Assembly: GCA_044226625.1 (NCBI GenBank) | Contig: JBGAGQ010000017.1 | Location: 34,316-98,315 of the forward strand | DNA from: Thermoanaerobaculia bacterium | Lineage (GTDB): Bacteria > Acidobacteriota > Thermoanaerobaculia > Multivoradales > UBA5704 | Length of the DNA: 64,000 nucleotides | Direction: 5' to 3' | Shown here: in pieces, positions 8,153 through 17,588 of the stretch | How the letters are laid out: each line of letters opens with the position of its first letter | Numbering within the stretch: position 1 is the first letter of the stretch | Position numbers and translations under genes: made by a program | Notes under the pieces: model-generated | What the model saw: the letters and a program-made list of their open reading frames with translations, nothing else | Database searches by the model: none | What the model was told of the DNA's origin: nothing

Positions 8153-10861
8153 ATGAAAGTCACCTTCGCGTATGCCGCCTTCGTGCGCCGATTCCTCTTT
8201 GCCTTCTCGTTCCTCTTCTTCTGCGGCGCCACGCTTCTCGTTCCTTTCGCCCGCGCCGTTTCCGGCGCGGCCAGCTCATCCCTTTCCGTGGAGCCGGTGG
8301 CGGACCTCGGCCCCCGGCCGGCGATTTCCCTGCGGACTTTGCCGCGGGGCGCGGTGCGAGTCGGGGACCGGATCTTCTTCTTCGCCTCGGACGAGGTATC
8401 ACGTTCGGAGCTCTGGACCACCGACGGAACGCAGACGGGCACGCGGCGAGTCCTGGACGTCTCCGCCCTGGGAGTCGATTCCTCGATCGTCAGCGGGTCC
8501 GGACTGGTGGCGGCGCAAGGAAGGGCCTACTTTCAAACCCTCGATCCGCTCGCGGGCTTGCGGATCTGGAGGAGCGACGGCTCGCGAGAGGGGACGGTGC
8601 CGTTCTTCTCGTTGGATCTCTTCGATGACTTGGAACAGGCGCAGCCGCCGGAAGTCGTGACAGCGGCGTTGGGTCGTGATCTCCTATTCCTGAGGACGGG
8701 CGAGGAAGGGTTGTGGGACCTGTGGCGCACCGACGGCTCGCCGTCCGGGACTCGCCGTCTGGTGTCGCTGCCGGCTCCGTCGGCCTCGAGCTCCGGTGGG
8801 AGCCAGTTCTTTGAGGCGAAAGGGCGCGCGTATTTCGCGTTGCAAGATCAGTTCTCGACGGTGACGGATCTGTGGACGACCGCCGGAACGGCGGCCGGCA
8901 CGGTTCGGCTCGCTTCCGTCCCTTCGCTACCGTCGGCACCGCGCCAGCCGGTCGCCGTGGGGGGGCGTCTCTTCTTCATCGGTTTCGAAGCGGATCACGG
9001 ATTCGAGCTTTGGACCTCCGACGGCTCGCCCGCGGGTACGCGGATCGTCCGCGATCTGACGCCGGGACGGCGCAGAACGTTCTTCGAGCAGTTCTTTCCA
9101 GGACGGCGCGCCCTCTATTTCACCCTGTCAACGCCGAGCGGAAGGGAGCTTTGGCGGAGCGACGGCAGCGAAGCCGGCACTTCCCGCCTGTCGACGGTCG
9201 ACGGCACATTCGCCACACCCGCCGCGGAGGTCGAGGGCTCGCTGCTGTTCTTTCAGGCCGGCACGCTCTGGCGCGCGCGCGGGACGGGCTCACCCCAACG
9301 TCTCGCACCGCGCCTCGATCCGTGCGGCCCGTCGGTCCTGGCCGCGGGCCGGTTCGAATTCTTCGCCGACGACGGCGCACGCGGCTGCCGTCTCTGGCGG
9401 AGCGACGGCACCGCCGGGGGTACCGTCCCGGCGGTCGCTTCACCAACCGATGCGTCGGAGGGGACGCTGGTCGCGCTCGAAGATCGTTTGGTCCTCTTCT
9501 CTCCCAACCTGTCGGAAATCCAGGTGATCGCCGGGGACCGCGTCATCCCGCTCCGGCGTCCGCGGGCCGAGCTTCGGTCGGGCGCCCCGACGTTCCTGGT
9601 CCCTTGGCAGGGCGGCATCGCCTTCGCGGCGAACGGCACGTCCCGTCGCGCGATCTACCGCTCCAACGGCACGGCGACGGGAACCCTTCCGATCGCCTCC
9701 GGGGACCTCTGGTCGCCGCTCTTCCTCGGTCTGCCTAGCGACCTCATTCCGCTGGGTGAAAACCTCGCGTACCTGTCGCTCGATGGAGTCGGGTCTTCCG
9801 GTTCTTCACTTTCGGATACGAACCCAAAGCAGCTCGACGGCTATCCGGTCGGCGCCGCTCATGACGGGCGCGTGCTCTTTTCCTTCGCCGGCCGCGCCTA
9901 TTGGCTCACGCTCTCGGCCGACGGCCGCGACGTCGAGTTGCGAAGCACCGATGGCACGGAGGCGGGAACGGCGACCGTGAGCCGCCTCTTCGACGCGCCC
10001 GTCTCGCCGTTCGGTGGCGTGACCTACGTGCCCGATTTCTTCGTCGTCCGAGCTGAGCGCTACCTCGCCTTCTTTTTCCCGGTCAACCCCAACGAGGTGT
10101 GGACGACCGACGGTACGGCGGCCGGTACGCGGAAAGCGGTTCGCCTCGACGGGCTCCACGACGGCTTTCTGCACGCCGGGGTGGCGTTCGGCGACGGGAT
10201 GCTGTTCTCGACTTGGGCGACCCAATCGCAACCTCGGATCTGGCTCACCGACGACTCGGCCCAAGGCGCTCATCCGATCGACAACTTGGCTATCCATTCC
10301 CTCGATCAGCGCCTGACTGCCGTGGGCCGCCTCGCGTTCTTCACCGCGAGGGATGGGGGAGGGGTGGAGCTTTGGGCGACCGATGGAACACCTTCGGGAG
10401 CTCATCGGGTTCGCGACATCGCGTCCGGGCGGCGCGGCTCGTATCCGCGCGACCTGACCGCCGTGGGCGATCGGCTGTTCTTCACCGCCGACGACGGAGC
10501 TTCCGGCCGCGAGCTCTGGTCGAGCGACGGCACGGCCGCGGGGACCGTCCGAGTCGCCGATCTGGTTCCCGGCCCCGGGGGCTCCTTCCCGCAAAAGCTG
10601 GCGGCCGTTTTGACCGAAGGTCCCGCCCCCGTGCTCGCCTTCGCGGCGAACGACGGCGTTCACGGCCTGGAGCCCTGGCTCCTCGAAGCCGACGGAACGA
10701 GCGTCCGAATGTTGGCGGACGTGGCCCCCGGCTTCACCTCTTCGAGCCCGGCGGAATTCCTTTCCGTAGGCGCTCACCTCTATTTTGCCGCCACGACGCG
10801 TGCCACGGGACGGGAGCTTTGGAAGGCGACGCTCCAAGACCCTGAAAACACAACGCCTTAG
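8153..10861 (+). CDS. Secreted ELWxxDGT repeat protein (beta-propeller-like)
   Basis: Hydrophobic N-terminus and many repeats: ELWTTDGT, ELWTSDGS, ELWRSDGS, ELWATDGT, ELWSSDGT. Confidence 0.85.
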   Translation: MKVTFAYAAFVRRFLFAFSFLFFCGATLLVPFARAVSGAASSSLSVEPVADLGPRPAISLRTLPRGAVRVGDRIFFFASDEVSRSELWTTDGTQTGTRRVLDVSALGVDSSIVSGSGLVAAQGRAYFQTLDPLAGLRIWRSDGSREGTVPFFSLDLFDDLEQAQPPEVVTAALGRDLLFLRTGEEGLWDLWRTDGSPSGTRRLVSLPAPSASSSGGSQFFEAKGRAYFALQDQFSTVTDLWTTAGTAAGTVRLASVPSLPSAPRQPVAVGGRLFFIGFEADHGFELWTSDGSPAGTRIVRDLTPGRRRTFFEQFFPGRRALYFTLSTPSGRELWRSDGSEAGTSRLSTVDGTFATPAAEVEGSLLFFQAGTLWRARGTGSPQRLAPRLDPCGPSVLAAGRFEFFADDGARGCRLWRSDGTAGGTVPAVASPTDASEGTLVALEDRLVLFSPNLSEIQVIAGDRVIPLRRPRAELRSGAPTFLVPWQGGIAFAANGTSRRAIYRSNGTATGTLPIASGDLWSPLFLGLPSDLIPLGENLAYLSLDGVGSSGSSLSDTNPKQLDGYPVGAAHDGRVLFSFAGRAYWLTLSADGRDVELRSTDGTEAGTATVSRLFDAPVSPFGGVTYVPDFFVVRAERYLAFFFPVNPNEVWTTDGTAAGTRKAVRLDGLHDGFLHAGVAFGDGMLFSTWATQSQPRIWLTDDSAQGAHPIDNLAIHSLDQRLTAVGRLAFFTARDGGGVELWATDGTPSGAHRVRDIASGRRGSYPRDLTAVGDRLFFTADDGASGRELWSSDGTAAGTVRVADLVPGPGGSFPQKLAAVLTEGPAPVLAFAANDGVHGLEPWLLEADGTSVRMLADVAPGFTSSSPAEFLSVGAHLYFAATTRATGRELWKATLQDPENTTP

Positions 10862-11042
10862 AAATGGGGACGGGGGCCTGACCGCGTTTTCAAGGCGCCA
10901 TGGCATGAAGGCTGCACTTTATCGAGGGCGGAACCGGCCCCCGAGAGGGTCGGACATGAATCCAAACGAAGGCCGCGGTTCCCATTGCTTGCGATTCGGA
11001 GATTTCGTTGCGAGCTGCGGTCGAGAGAAAAGGAGACATGGC

Positions 11043-11450
11043 ATGCGAACCCTGAAATCGACACTTTACGTACTTGGTACGGCGGCGTTGCTTACGCTTC
11101 CGTTGCAGGCCAACGCGGCGGCGGCCCCTCCGATGAAGACTCCTCCCGCGACCACGGCACCTGCGGCGCCGGCGGAGAACGTCCAAACCTGGACCGGCTG
11201 GATCACCGACAACTGCGACGGCGTGCATGGCGCGTCGGCCGACAACACCAAGGCGAAGGTTCAGGGTTGCAAGGAACGCGGCGGTCGCGTGGTGTTCTAC
11301 AACCTCTCGGACAAGCGTTTCTACGATCTCGACAATCTCGACCTCGCGCTGGACAACGTCGGTCACCTGGTGACCGTGAAGGGAGTCCGGGACTACAACC
11401 TGATCAAGGTCGACTCGATCGTTCCGGACGGCGCGCAGAATCCAAGCTAA
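11043..11450 (+). CDS. Small secreted hypothetical protein (DUF5818-like OB-type domain)
   Basis: SD AGGAG, signal peptide ending ANA, Pro/Ala linker, then TWTGWITDNC...GC...GHLVTVKG...IKVDSI. Confidence 0.65.
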   Translation: MRTLKSTLYVLGTAALLTLPLQANAAAAPPMKTPPATTAPAAPAENVQTWTGWITDNCDGVHGASADNTKAKVQGCKERGGRVVFYNLSDKRFYDLDNLDLALDNVGHLVTVKGVRDYNLIKVDSIVPDGAQNPS

Positions 11451-11490
11451 CGAGCTTCCCGGCCGGTTAACCGGCTCTCCTCCCCGCTCC

Positions 11491-11525
11491 GCGCGGTGCC
11501 TCCCCTCCGGCACCGCGCTTTTTTT
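11491..11525 (+). terminator. Rho-independent terminator
   Basis: gcgcggtgcc/ggcaccgcgc 10-bp stem followed by seven T. Confidence 0.8.
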
Positions 11526-11663
11526 AGGCCCCTTTCCAGCGCAAGCGCTTCTTCGCGTTCGTGCTATCCTCCCCGCACTACTTTCGGTAGAGCTTTTCGG
11601 ATCCCTCGTCCTTCTCGACGCCCGCTCGGGCGCCAAGGTTGGAGATTTCCTGGGAGGTCTGCG

Positions 11664-14600
11664 ATGGCGTTCAAGCGGTGGCTCTGGTCCGTCTTCTTTC
11701 CGCTGTTCGTCGCCTTGACGCTTCCCGCGTTCGGGCCGGTCACCGAGGTCGGCGCGCAGCCCGCGATTCCCTCGGGCGACATCTGCTCGGCGGACCTCCC
11801 GCTTCCCAGCGCTTTTCCCGCGAACAAGTCGGAGTACGAGATCATCCTCGGCCGCTTTTTCCGGGCGAAGTGTTACGAGAAGCTCGGTTGGCCGCACGAT
11901 AAGCAGTTGCGGCCCACAGGGCCGACGGTGGCGGCGCTCGCCGCCGGAACGACCGATCCTCACATGCCGCCCGCCTGGCAGACGACCACGCTCGGCACCC
12001 ACACCACCGTGGTCATCTACTACTCGCCGGACGTCTTTCGCTGGATGTGCGAGACCGAGGCGCGGCACGATCCGAAATTCGTCGCCCAGTGCAAGGTGCG
12101 CTGCCCGACCTGCAGGCTCGAATCGGAAGGTACGGTTGCGCCGATCGCGCCGATCGCCGACGGCTCGATGATCATCAAGCTGATGTACGGCGCGACATCG
12201 GCCGAGGATCTCGAGAACCCGCAGGTGCCGACCGGCGAGGCGAACATGTTCGCCCACATGGTCAAAGACGCGAAGGCCTCGAAGGACGGTTGGTTCTGGG
12301 GCAACTGGGATCCGCAGGCGACCGAGTTCTCGCAGCTCGACTGGCCGCCGCCGGTGAACCTGCCGTATCCGTGGATGGGCTTCGGCTACTACTGCATGAA
12401 CTGCCACGCCTCGGCCAAAGCCGAGTCGACGTTCTCGGATCTCAACAACGTGCTCGGCGACCCGGACACGTTCACCAAGTTCTATTTCCAGGACCAGCCG
12501 CCGATTCCTACGGTCGGGGCCAAAGAGCCGCCACCGATCGAGATGAAGTCGGCGCACGAGCGGTTCGAGGCGCTCCAGAACCTTCAGGCGCTCGGCACCG
12601 GCCCGCTGTGGAACGAGGTTCCCTGGCCGAACTCGGCGGTCAACCGGGTGAGCCAGCCCTCTTCGACCTATCGGCAGAGCTTCCTTTCGACCTACGGCGC
12701 GAAGCGGATCGTGCCTCCCGATTCGAAGACGATCCTGCCGCTCTACATGCCGCCTGAAGTTTACGACCACCGATTCCCCGGGCCCGTGGCGCCGCCGCCG
12801 TTCATGACCTCCGATCAGTGCGTCGGCTGCCACGCGGCGGGCTCGACCGGTATCCACTTCGACATGACGGTCCAGAAGCCCGATCAGCCGGCGTTCACCA
12901 ACCTGGTGAACATCGCCGAATACGGCGAGTGGCGCAGCTCGCCGATGGGGCTCGGTGGGCGCGATCCGATCTTCTTTTCCCAGCTCGAAACGGAGCAGGC
13001 GGCGCACCCCGCGCTCGCGAAGCTCGCGCCCGACCTCTGCCTCCATTGCCACGGCGTCATGGGGCAGCGGCAGTTCTGCCTCGACCAGTTCCCCGACCGC
13101 GAGAAAGGGAACGCCGTCTGCAACAACACGGACCTCCTGGGGTTGAACCAGGACTCGCAGCCGATCGTGCCGCGGCGCCTGTTCACGCGCGAGCAGGTGA
13201 ACGCCATCCCGTTCCGGGCGAAGACCGAACAGGACTTGCAGAACGCCAAATACGGCGGTCTCGCGCGCGACGGGATTTCGTGCACCACCTGCCACCACAT
13301 CGAGATCGATCCGAAGACTCCCATCGGCCACACCTTCACCGGCGATTTCCGGACCGGTCCGGACGACGTCCTCCACGGGCCGTTCGACAAGCCGCAGCAG
13401 GTGCCGATGGATCACACGCTCGGCAGCAAGCCGATCGAGTACCCGCTGATCCGCTCGTCGAAAGTCTGCGGTAGCTGCCACAGCGTCGTGCTCCCCGTGT
13501 TCGACGGCGACAAGCCGTGGGTGCGCCCCGGCGGCAAAAAGCCGGAGATCATCATCGAGCAGGCGACCTATCCGGAGTGGGTCTTCAGCGACTTCCGCGA
13601 CGACGGGCCGACGCCGCGCTCCTGCCAGAGCTGCCACATGGCGTCCTCCTACCCGGGGCTGCCGTCGCCACTTACGAGCAAGATCGCCTCGATCCAAGAG
13701 GCGAGCAACATGCCGCAGACGGAGAACCGTCTTCCGCAGTCCGACATCGACCTCCAGCCGCGCTCGCCCTACGGCCGGCACACGCTGGTCGGTCTGAACG
13801 TCTTCTTCAACCAGTTCGCCCAGCAGTTCCCCGACATCCTCGGCATTCGGATTCAAGATCCGATGCTCGGTGGCACCGGCATCGCGCCGCTCACCACCAC
13901 CTACAACTCGATGATTCAGCAGGCGGACACGGGGACCGCGACGGCGGAGGTGACGGGCGTGCGGCAGACGGCGGATGCGCTCGTGGCGGACGTCAAAGTC
14001 ACGAACCTCGCCGGGCACAAATTCCCCTCCGGCGTCGGCTTCCGTCGCGCGTTCCTGACCTTCGAGGTGCTCGATTCGGCGGGCAACGACCTTTGGATCT
14101 CCGGCCGCAGCACGGACGACGGCGTGATCGTCGGGCCGGACGGCTCGCCGATCGCGGGCGAGTTCATGTGGGGCAACGAGTGCACACCAGTCCCGGGCAA
14201 GGACCAGAAAACCCAGCCGCATTACGAGACGATCACCCGGCAGGATCAGGTCCAGATCTATCAGGAGCTGGTACGCGACCCGCGCGGCCGGCTCACCACG
14301 AGCTTCCTTTCGCTCGCGAACGAAGTGAAGGACAACCGCCTCCTACCGCGGGGCTGGACGCCGAGCGTCCAGCTGGCGGAGATGGACGGCCTCGGCAGCC
14401 CCAAGCTCTCCGCCGCGGCTCTCGTCCACCGCGTGCTCCCTGACCTGCCCGACGGCAAAGGCGGGACGGTCGACGACCCCTGGTACAAGCCGGTCTCTGA
14501 AGGGGGCAAAGGCGGGGGAGGGGACGAGCTGGTCTACGCCGTGCCGCTCAAGGATCTCAAAGGAACCGCGGTCTCCGTGCGCGTCACCCTCTACTACCAG

Positions 14601-14819
14601 TCGATTCCGCCGTTCTACCTCCAGGACCGCTTCTGCTCGACCCCGAACCGGCCGGACACCTCACGCCTCTTCTTCCTCGCCGGGCACACGGACCTCTCCG
14701 GAACCCGGGCCGAAGGGTGGAAGCTCTCGGTGGTCTCGTCGGGGAGGGTGGCGGTGGAAACGAAGGCGGCGTCCGTCGAGCCTCCGCGAGAAGCGAGGCG
14801 TGGGGGTGGGAGTCGGTAG
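11664..14819 (+). CDS. Large exported multiheme c-type cytochrome with an N-terminal cytochrome P460-like domain
   Basis: SD GGGAGG and a signal peptide; six CxxCH (CMNCH, CVGCH, CLHCH, CTTCH, CGSCH, CQSCH); P460-like GSMIIK...MVK...GWFW...C..CH; C-terminal VTNLAGHKFPSG domain. Confidence 0.82.
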   Translation: MAFKRWLWSVFFPLFVALTLPAFGPVTEVGAQPAIPSGDICSADLPLPSAFPANKSEYEIILGRFFRAKCYEKLGWPHDKQLRPTGPTVAALAAGTTDPHMPPAWQTTTLGTHTTVVIYYSPDVFRWMCETEARHDPKFVAQCKVRCPTCRLESEGTVAPIAPIADGSMIIKLMYGATSAEDLENPQVPTGEANMFAHMVKDAKASKDGWFWGNWDPQATEFSQLDWPPPVNLPYPWMGFGYYCMNCHASAKAESTFSDLNNVLGDPDTFTKFYFQDQPPIPTVGAKEPPPIEMKSAHERFEALQNLQALGTGPLWNEVPWPNSAVNRVSQPSSTYRQSFLSTYGAKRIVPPDSKTILPLYMPPEVYDHRFPGPVAPPPFMTSDQCVGCHAAGSTGIHFDMTVQKPDQPAFTNLVNIAEYGEWRSSPMGLGGRDPIFFSQLETEQAAHPALAKLAPDLCLHCHGVMGQRQFCLDQFPDREKGNAVCNNTDLLGLNQDSQPIVPRRLFTREQVNAIPFRAKTEQDLQNAKYGGLARDGISCTTCHHIEIDPKTPIGHTFTGDFRTGPDDVLHGPFDKPQQVPMDHTLGSKPIEYPLIRSSKVCGSCHSVVLPVFDGDKPWVRPGGKKPEIIIEQATYPEWVFSDFRDDGPTPRSCQSCHMASSYPGLPSPLTSKIASIQEASNMPQTENRLPQSDIDLQPRSPYGRHTLVGLNVFFNQFAQQFPDILGIRIQDPMLGGTGIAPLTTTYNSMIQQADTGTATAEVTGVRQTADALVADVKVTNLAGHKFPSGVGFRRAFLTFEVLDSAGNDLWISGRSTDDGVIVGPDGSPIAGEFMWGNECTPVPGKDQKTQPHYETITRQDQVQIYQELVRDPRGRLTTSFLSLANEVKDNRLLPRGWTPSVQLAEMDGLGSPKLSAAALVHRVLPDLPDGKGGTVDDPWYKPVSEGGKGGGGDELVYAVPLKDLKGTAVSVRVTLYYQSIPPFYLQDRFCSTPNRPDTSRLFFLAGHTDLSGTRAEGWKLSVVSSGRVAVETKAASVEPPREARRGGGSR

Positions 14820-14834
14820 GACCCGGAGTGGATC

Positions 14835-14860
14835 GTAGGGGCGGAGCTGCCTCCGCCCCT
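14835..14860. repeat. GTAG-type REP-like palindrome
   Basis: gt-aggggcggag-ctgc-ctccgcccct; a near-identical unit occurs at 45976-45999 inside the NRPS. Confidence 0.65.
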
Positions 14861-14933
14861 CCTCCCGACGTAATCGATCGTTGGTTCGTCGGCGGCAGAG
14901 AGGCGCTGTCGGCGAGAGCTTCACGCGCAGCAT

Positions 14934-15180
14934 CGGCCCAACGGGCCGAAAGAATCCAGCCCAGGGCTGAGGCCGAAGGCCAATGCCCTGGGTGGAAAGG
15001 CATCAGGTGCGGCGGCCTGAAAGGCCGCTAGATCGATGGCGGCGAAAGGCCCACCCGCGGAGCGCGCAATTGCGCCCCGTCTAGCGGCCTTTCAGGCCGC
15101 GGGAATTTGTGGTCTTTCGGTCCCAGGGCATCGGCCTTCGGCCTCAGCCCTGGGCTAGATTCTGCCGGCCCGTTGGGCCG
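14934..15180. repeat. Nested inverted-repeat element (REPIN/MITE-like)
   Basis: Outer 59-bp arms 14934-14992 and 15122-15180 are near-perfect reverse complements; inner 21-bp arms 15012-15032 and 15080-15100 are perfect; each arm contains its own small palindromes. Confidence 0.8.
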
Positions 15181-15375
15181 GTTCACTGCGGCCGACCCAC
15201 GGCGTCGAGCCCGGCGTGATCCGTATCACGATGTCGTCGCCTTGGGCGATCTGCGGCCCGGAGGGCCCGTCCTGGCACCCCGCCGACGACCTGGTGCTGG
15301 CCGTGCTGTACAAGTTCCTCAAGGATTGCAGGGCTCTTGGCGGTGCACTCCGTTCGGACGGTGGGCGCGACGGCC

Positions 15376-16140
15376 TCAGCCGGAGAACAGCACGCTCAGG
15401 CAGGTGACGCTCCCCTCCGCCTTCTGAAGCTCCGAGACGTCGACGGTGACGATCTCCGCGCCACGCTCGGCGAGGAGGTGGCGTGTGTGAGGGAAGCCCG
15501 CGGGGAGGAGTACGCGGTCGGCGAGTGTGAGGGTGTTTGCGCCCCACGGTTCGTCGTCGGGGAGCGCGACGACTTCTCCATGGAGAGTGGACGTGTCCAC
15601 CCAAGCGGGATTCGCAAGGAAGAACCCGGCCGCGTAGGTGACTCCCGTCTTGAGGTGGAGGCAGTCGGTGAGCGGGACCGATACCACCGCATAACCGTAC
15701 GGGCGAAGCGCCACGGCGAGCGCCTCGTGCGCCTCCGGATTGGTGCGGGCGGAGCGTCCGACATAGAGGGTTTTGCCGACCCGGAGGACGTCGCCCCCTT
15801 CGAGCCGTGCTTCCGGCGGCAGGTGGAGGAGCGGCCGGTAGCGGCCGACGGATTCAGCGACGCTTTCGACCTCGCCTTCGCGGCTCGGAGCGCCCGGGTG
15901 GCCGACGATCGCGAGCTCGTCCAGGACGACGATCGGATCTTCGACGAAGACCGCGTCGGGCTGGTCGGGGAGATCCGGGAGCCATTCGATCTCGTACCCC
16001 GCCGCCTCGAGCGCGGCGACGTACGCCCGATGTTGCGCGGCGGCCTTCGGCAGGTCGATCGACTCACGGTTGCGAAACGAAAGCTCGCAGTCGGCGAGCG
16101 ACCGGCTGACGGGACGGACGATCGCGTGAAGGCTCGTCAT
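15376..16140 (-). CDS. Dimethylarginine dimethylaminohydrolase (dimethylargininase) family amidinotransferase
   Basis: QH..Y, PDAVFVED, LEGGDVL, LHLKT, SELQKAEGSVTCLS. Confidence 0.9.
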   Translation of the reverse strand: MTSLHAIVRPVSRSLADCELSFRNRESIDLPKAAAQHRAYVAALEAAGYEIEWLPDLPDQPDAVFVEDPIVVLDELAIVGHPGAPSREGEVESVAESVGRYRPLLHLPPEARLEGGDVLRVGKTLYVGRSARTNPEAHEALAVALRPYGYAVVSVPLTDCLHLKTGVTYAAGFFLANPAWVDTSTLHGEVVALPDDEPWGANTLTLADRVLLPAGFPHTRHLLAERGAEIVTVDVSELQKAEGSVTCLSVLFSG

Positions 16141-16146
16141 CTCGAC

Positions 16147-16794
16147 TCAGCGTTTCTTCCGGCCGCGTGCGGACCCGGGCCGAGAGGACGGAGCCGGGAC
16201 GGGCTCTAACCGTTCCCCGCGAAGATCGGCGAGATAGAAACCCGCCCAGAGGAGGAACGGCAGGCCGAGCTTGAAAGGGAGGTCCAATAGGTGCTTCAAG
16301 AGGCCGTAGAAATTCTGGGCGAACGCACCATAGTGGGCGGCGCTCCAGGCGCCGAGTCCCGTCGCGTATTCGGCCTTGACGATCAAGAAGACGAGCAAAA
16401 TGTCGAACAGCACGGTGATGCCGATCGCCCAGGCGAGGTTCTCGAGCTTCCGCCGCCACGGGACGCCGGGGATCGCGAGGAACAGCGTACCGACGAGGAT
16501 CAGGTGGAAGTGGACGTCGGTGACCTGGAAGCCGTGGACGAGGCTTTTCGACGGCGGAAAGTCGCGCCGCTGGACGAACGCCGAGTCGCGGTCGCGCGGC
16601 AGGAGGTTCGTGGCGTCCGGGCTCTCGGTGAGGTGGAGGAGCGACTGAGCGCCTCCCAAGAGCAGCCGGTTGTAGAGCGGTGTGGCGAGGAACCAGACGA
16701 CCGCGACCGGCACGATCAGCAGCAGGAGATTCCGCACGAATCCCGGCAGTTGGGGCCGGGCGGCGGCTTCGAGATCGCCGATGGGCTCGGTCAT
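16147..16794 (-). CDS. Exosortase H-associated membrane protein (putative)
   Basis: Several hydrophobic helices, directly downstream of xrtH; ATG at 16794. Confidence 0.6.
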   Translation of the reverse strand: MTEPIGDLEAAARPQLPGFVRNLLLLIVPVAVVWFLATPLYNRLLLGGAQSLLHLTESPDATNLLPRDRDSAFVQRRDFPPSKSLVHGFQVTDVHFHLILVGTLFLAIPGVPWRRKLENLAWAIGITVLFDILLVFLIVKAEYATGLGAWSAAHYGAFAQNFYGLLKHLLDLPFKLGLPFLLWAGFYLADLRGERLEPVPAPSSRPGSARGRKKR

Positions 16795-16838
16795 ACGGTC
16801 AACGCTCGCGTCGTTCCGTTGAAACGGCGACCGGTCCG

Positions 16839-17396
16839 TTAGGCCGCGCTCTCGCCCGAGGCCGCCGGGTGGGGAAGGCGGTTCGCCCAGTAGATCCAGA
16901 GCAGGACGCTCGCGAGGATGACCACCGTCTGCCAGATCACCGTATGCGACGCGTTGAAGATCTTGGGGAAGTAGACGCCGGTGAGGTAGAGGGCGACCAC
17001 GCGCACCAGGTTGATCGCCTGGATCGCGACGATACCGAGGATTAGACCTTTGAGCTTCGATTTCCAAGGCGCGGGAAAGGCGAGGACGGCGGCGAGGAAG
17101 ATCAGCATCGCCTCCACCCCGTTGCAGCCGTTCTTGATGTTCACCGAGAAGCGTTTGCCGTGGATCAGCGTCCCCTCCTGCGTCACTCCCTGGCCGATCG
17201 CCTTGAGCACCCCGGCGCTCGCCGAAGCGACTCCGCCGGTGAAGGGCTCGATCGCGTGGTCGTTTACCCAGTTTAGCGAGATCAGGGCGAAGCTCGCTCC
17301 GAGGATCACCGCGAACAGGACGAGAAAACGGATCTCGCGTCGGTTTTTCTGGAAGAAGCCCTGGGTCGAGCTCGAGTCCGTGGGGGAGGTGGTCAT
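16839..17396 (-). CDS. xrtH: Exosortase H
   Basis: Catalytic Cys in NIKNGCNGVEA, VLAFPAPW, Arg in INLVR, His in HTVIWQ. Confidence 0.85.
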   Translation of the reverse strand: MTTSPTDSSSTQGFFQKNRREIRFLVLFAVILGASFALISLNWVNDHAIEPFTGGVASASAGVLKAIGQGVTQEGTLIHGKRFSVNIKNGCNGVEAMLIFLAAVLAFPAPWKSKLKGLILGIVAIQAINLVRVVALYLTGVYFPKIFNASHTVIWQTVVILASVLLWIYWANRLPHPAASGESAA

Positions 17397-17540
17397 GCGA
17401 CGTGATTCTCCAGAAAAAGGCCATTCCTCGGCCGGTTCACCCTCCGCGTTCCCTCTGCCCGCGGTTCAGCCGCGGTGGGGCCGCGAGGGGACAGCCGCTT
17501 GAATTCGAACCCGGTGGATTCTATCGCTAGAGGCCTCGGT

Positions 17541-17570
17541 TTGACCTTCCGCCCTGGGCCGCCATATCCT
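17541..17570 (+). promoter_or_regulatory. Putative sigma70 promoter of pyrR-pyrB-pyrC
   Basis: TTGACC-18 nt-TATCCT, ending 18 nt before the pyrR ATG. Confidence 0.45.
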
Positions 17571-17588
17571 CCGCCGGGTTCCAACGAC

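Noticed and set aside
10862-11042. Possible riboswitch upstream of the small secreted protein
   Set aside because: No recognisable aptamer consensus or expression platform.
10890-14222. 1110-aa minus-strand ORF and similar long antisense ORFs across the window
   Set aside because: Shadow frames of GC-rich genes: Arg-rich, no motifs, fully overlapping well-supported CDSs.
14934-15180. CRISPR array
   Set aside because: The repeats are inverted and nested rather than direct with unique spacers; no cas genes.
15216-15407. Short ORF containing WHPADDLVLAVLYKFLKDC, possibly a gene remnant
   Set aside because: Protein-like for only about 20 codons, no SD, overlaps the DDAH end, no family recognised.
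16147-17424. 425-aa ORF spanning xrtH
   Set aside because: The N-terminal half is an alternate frame of xrtH; only the part from ATG 16794 looks like protein.
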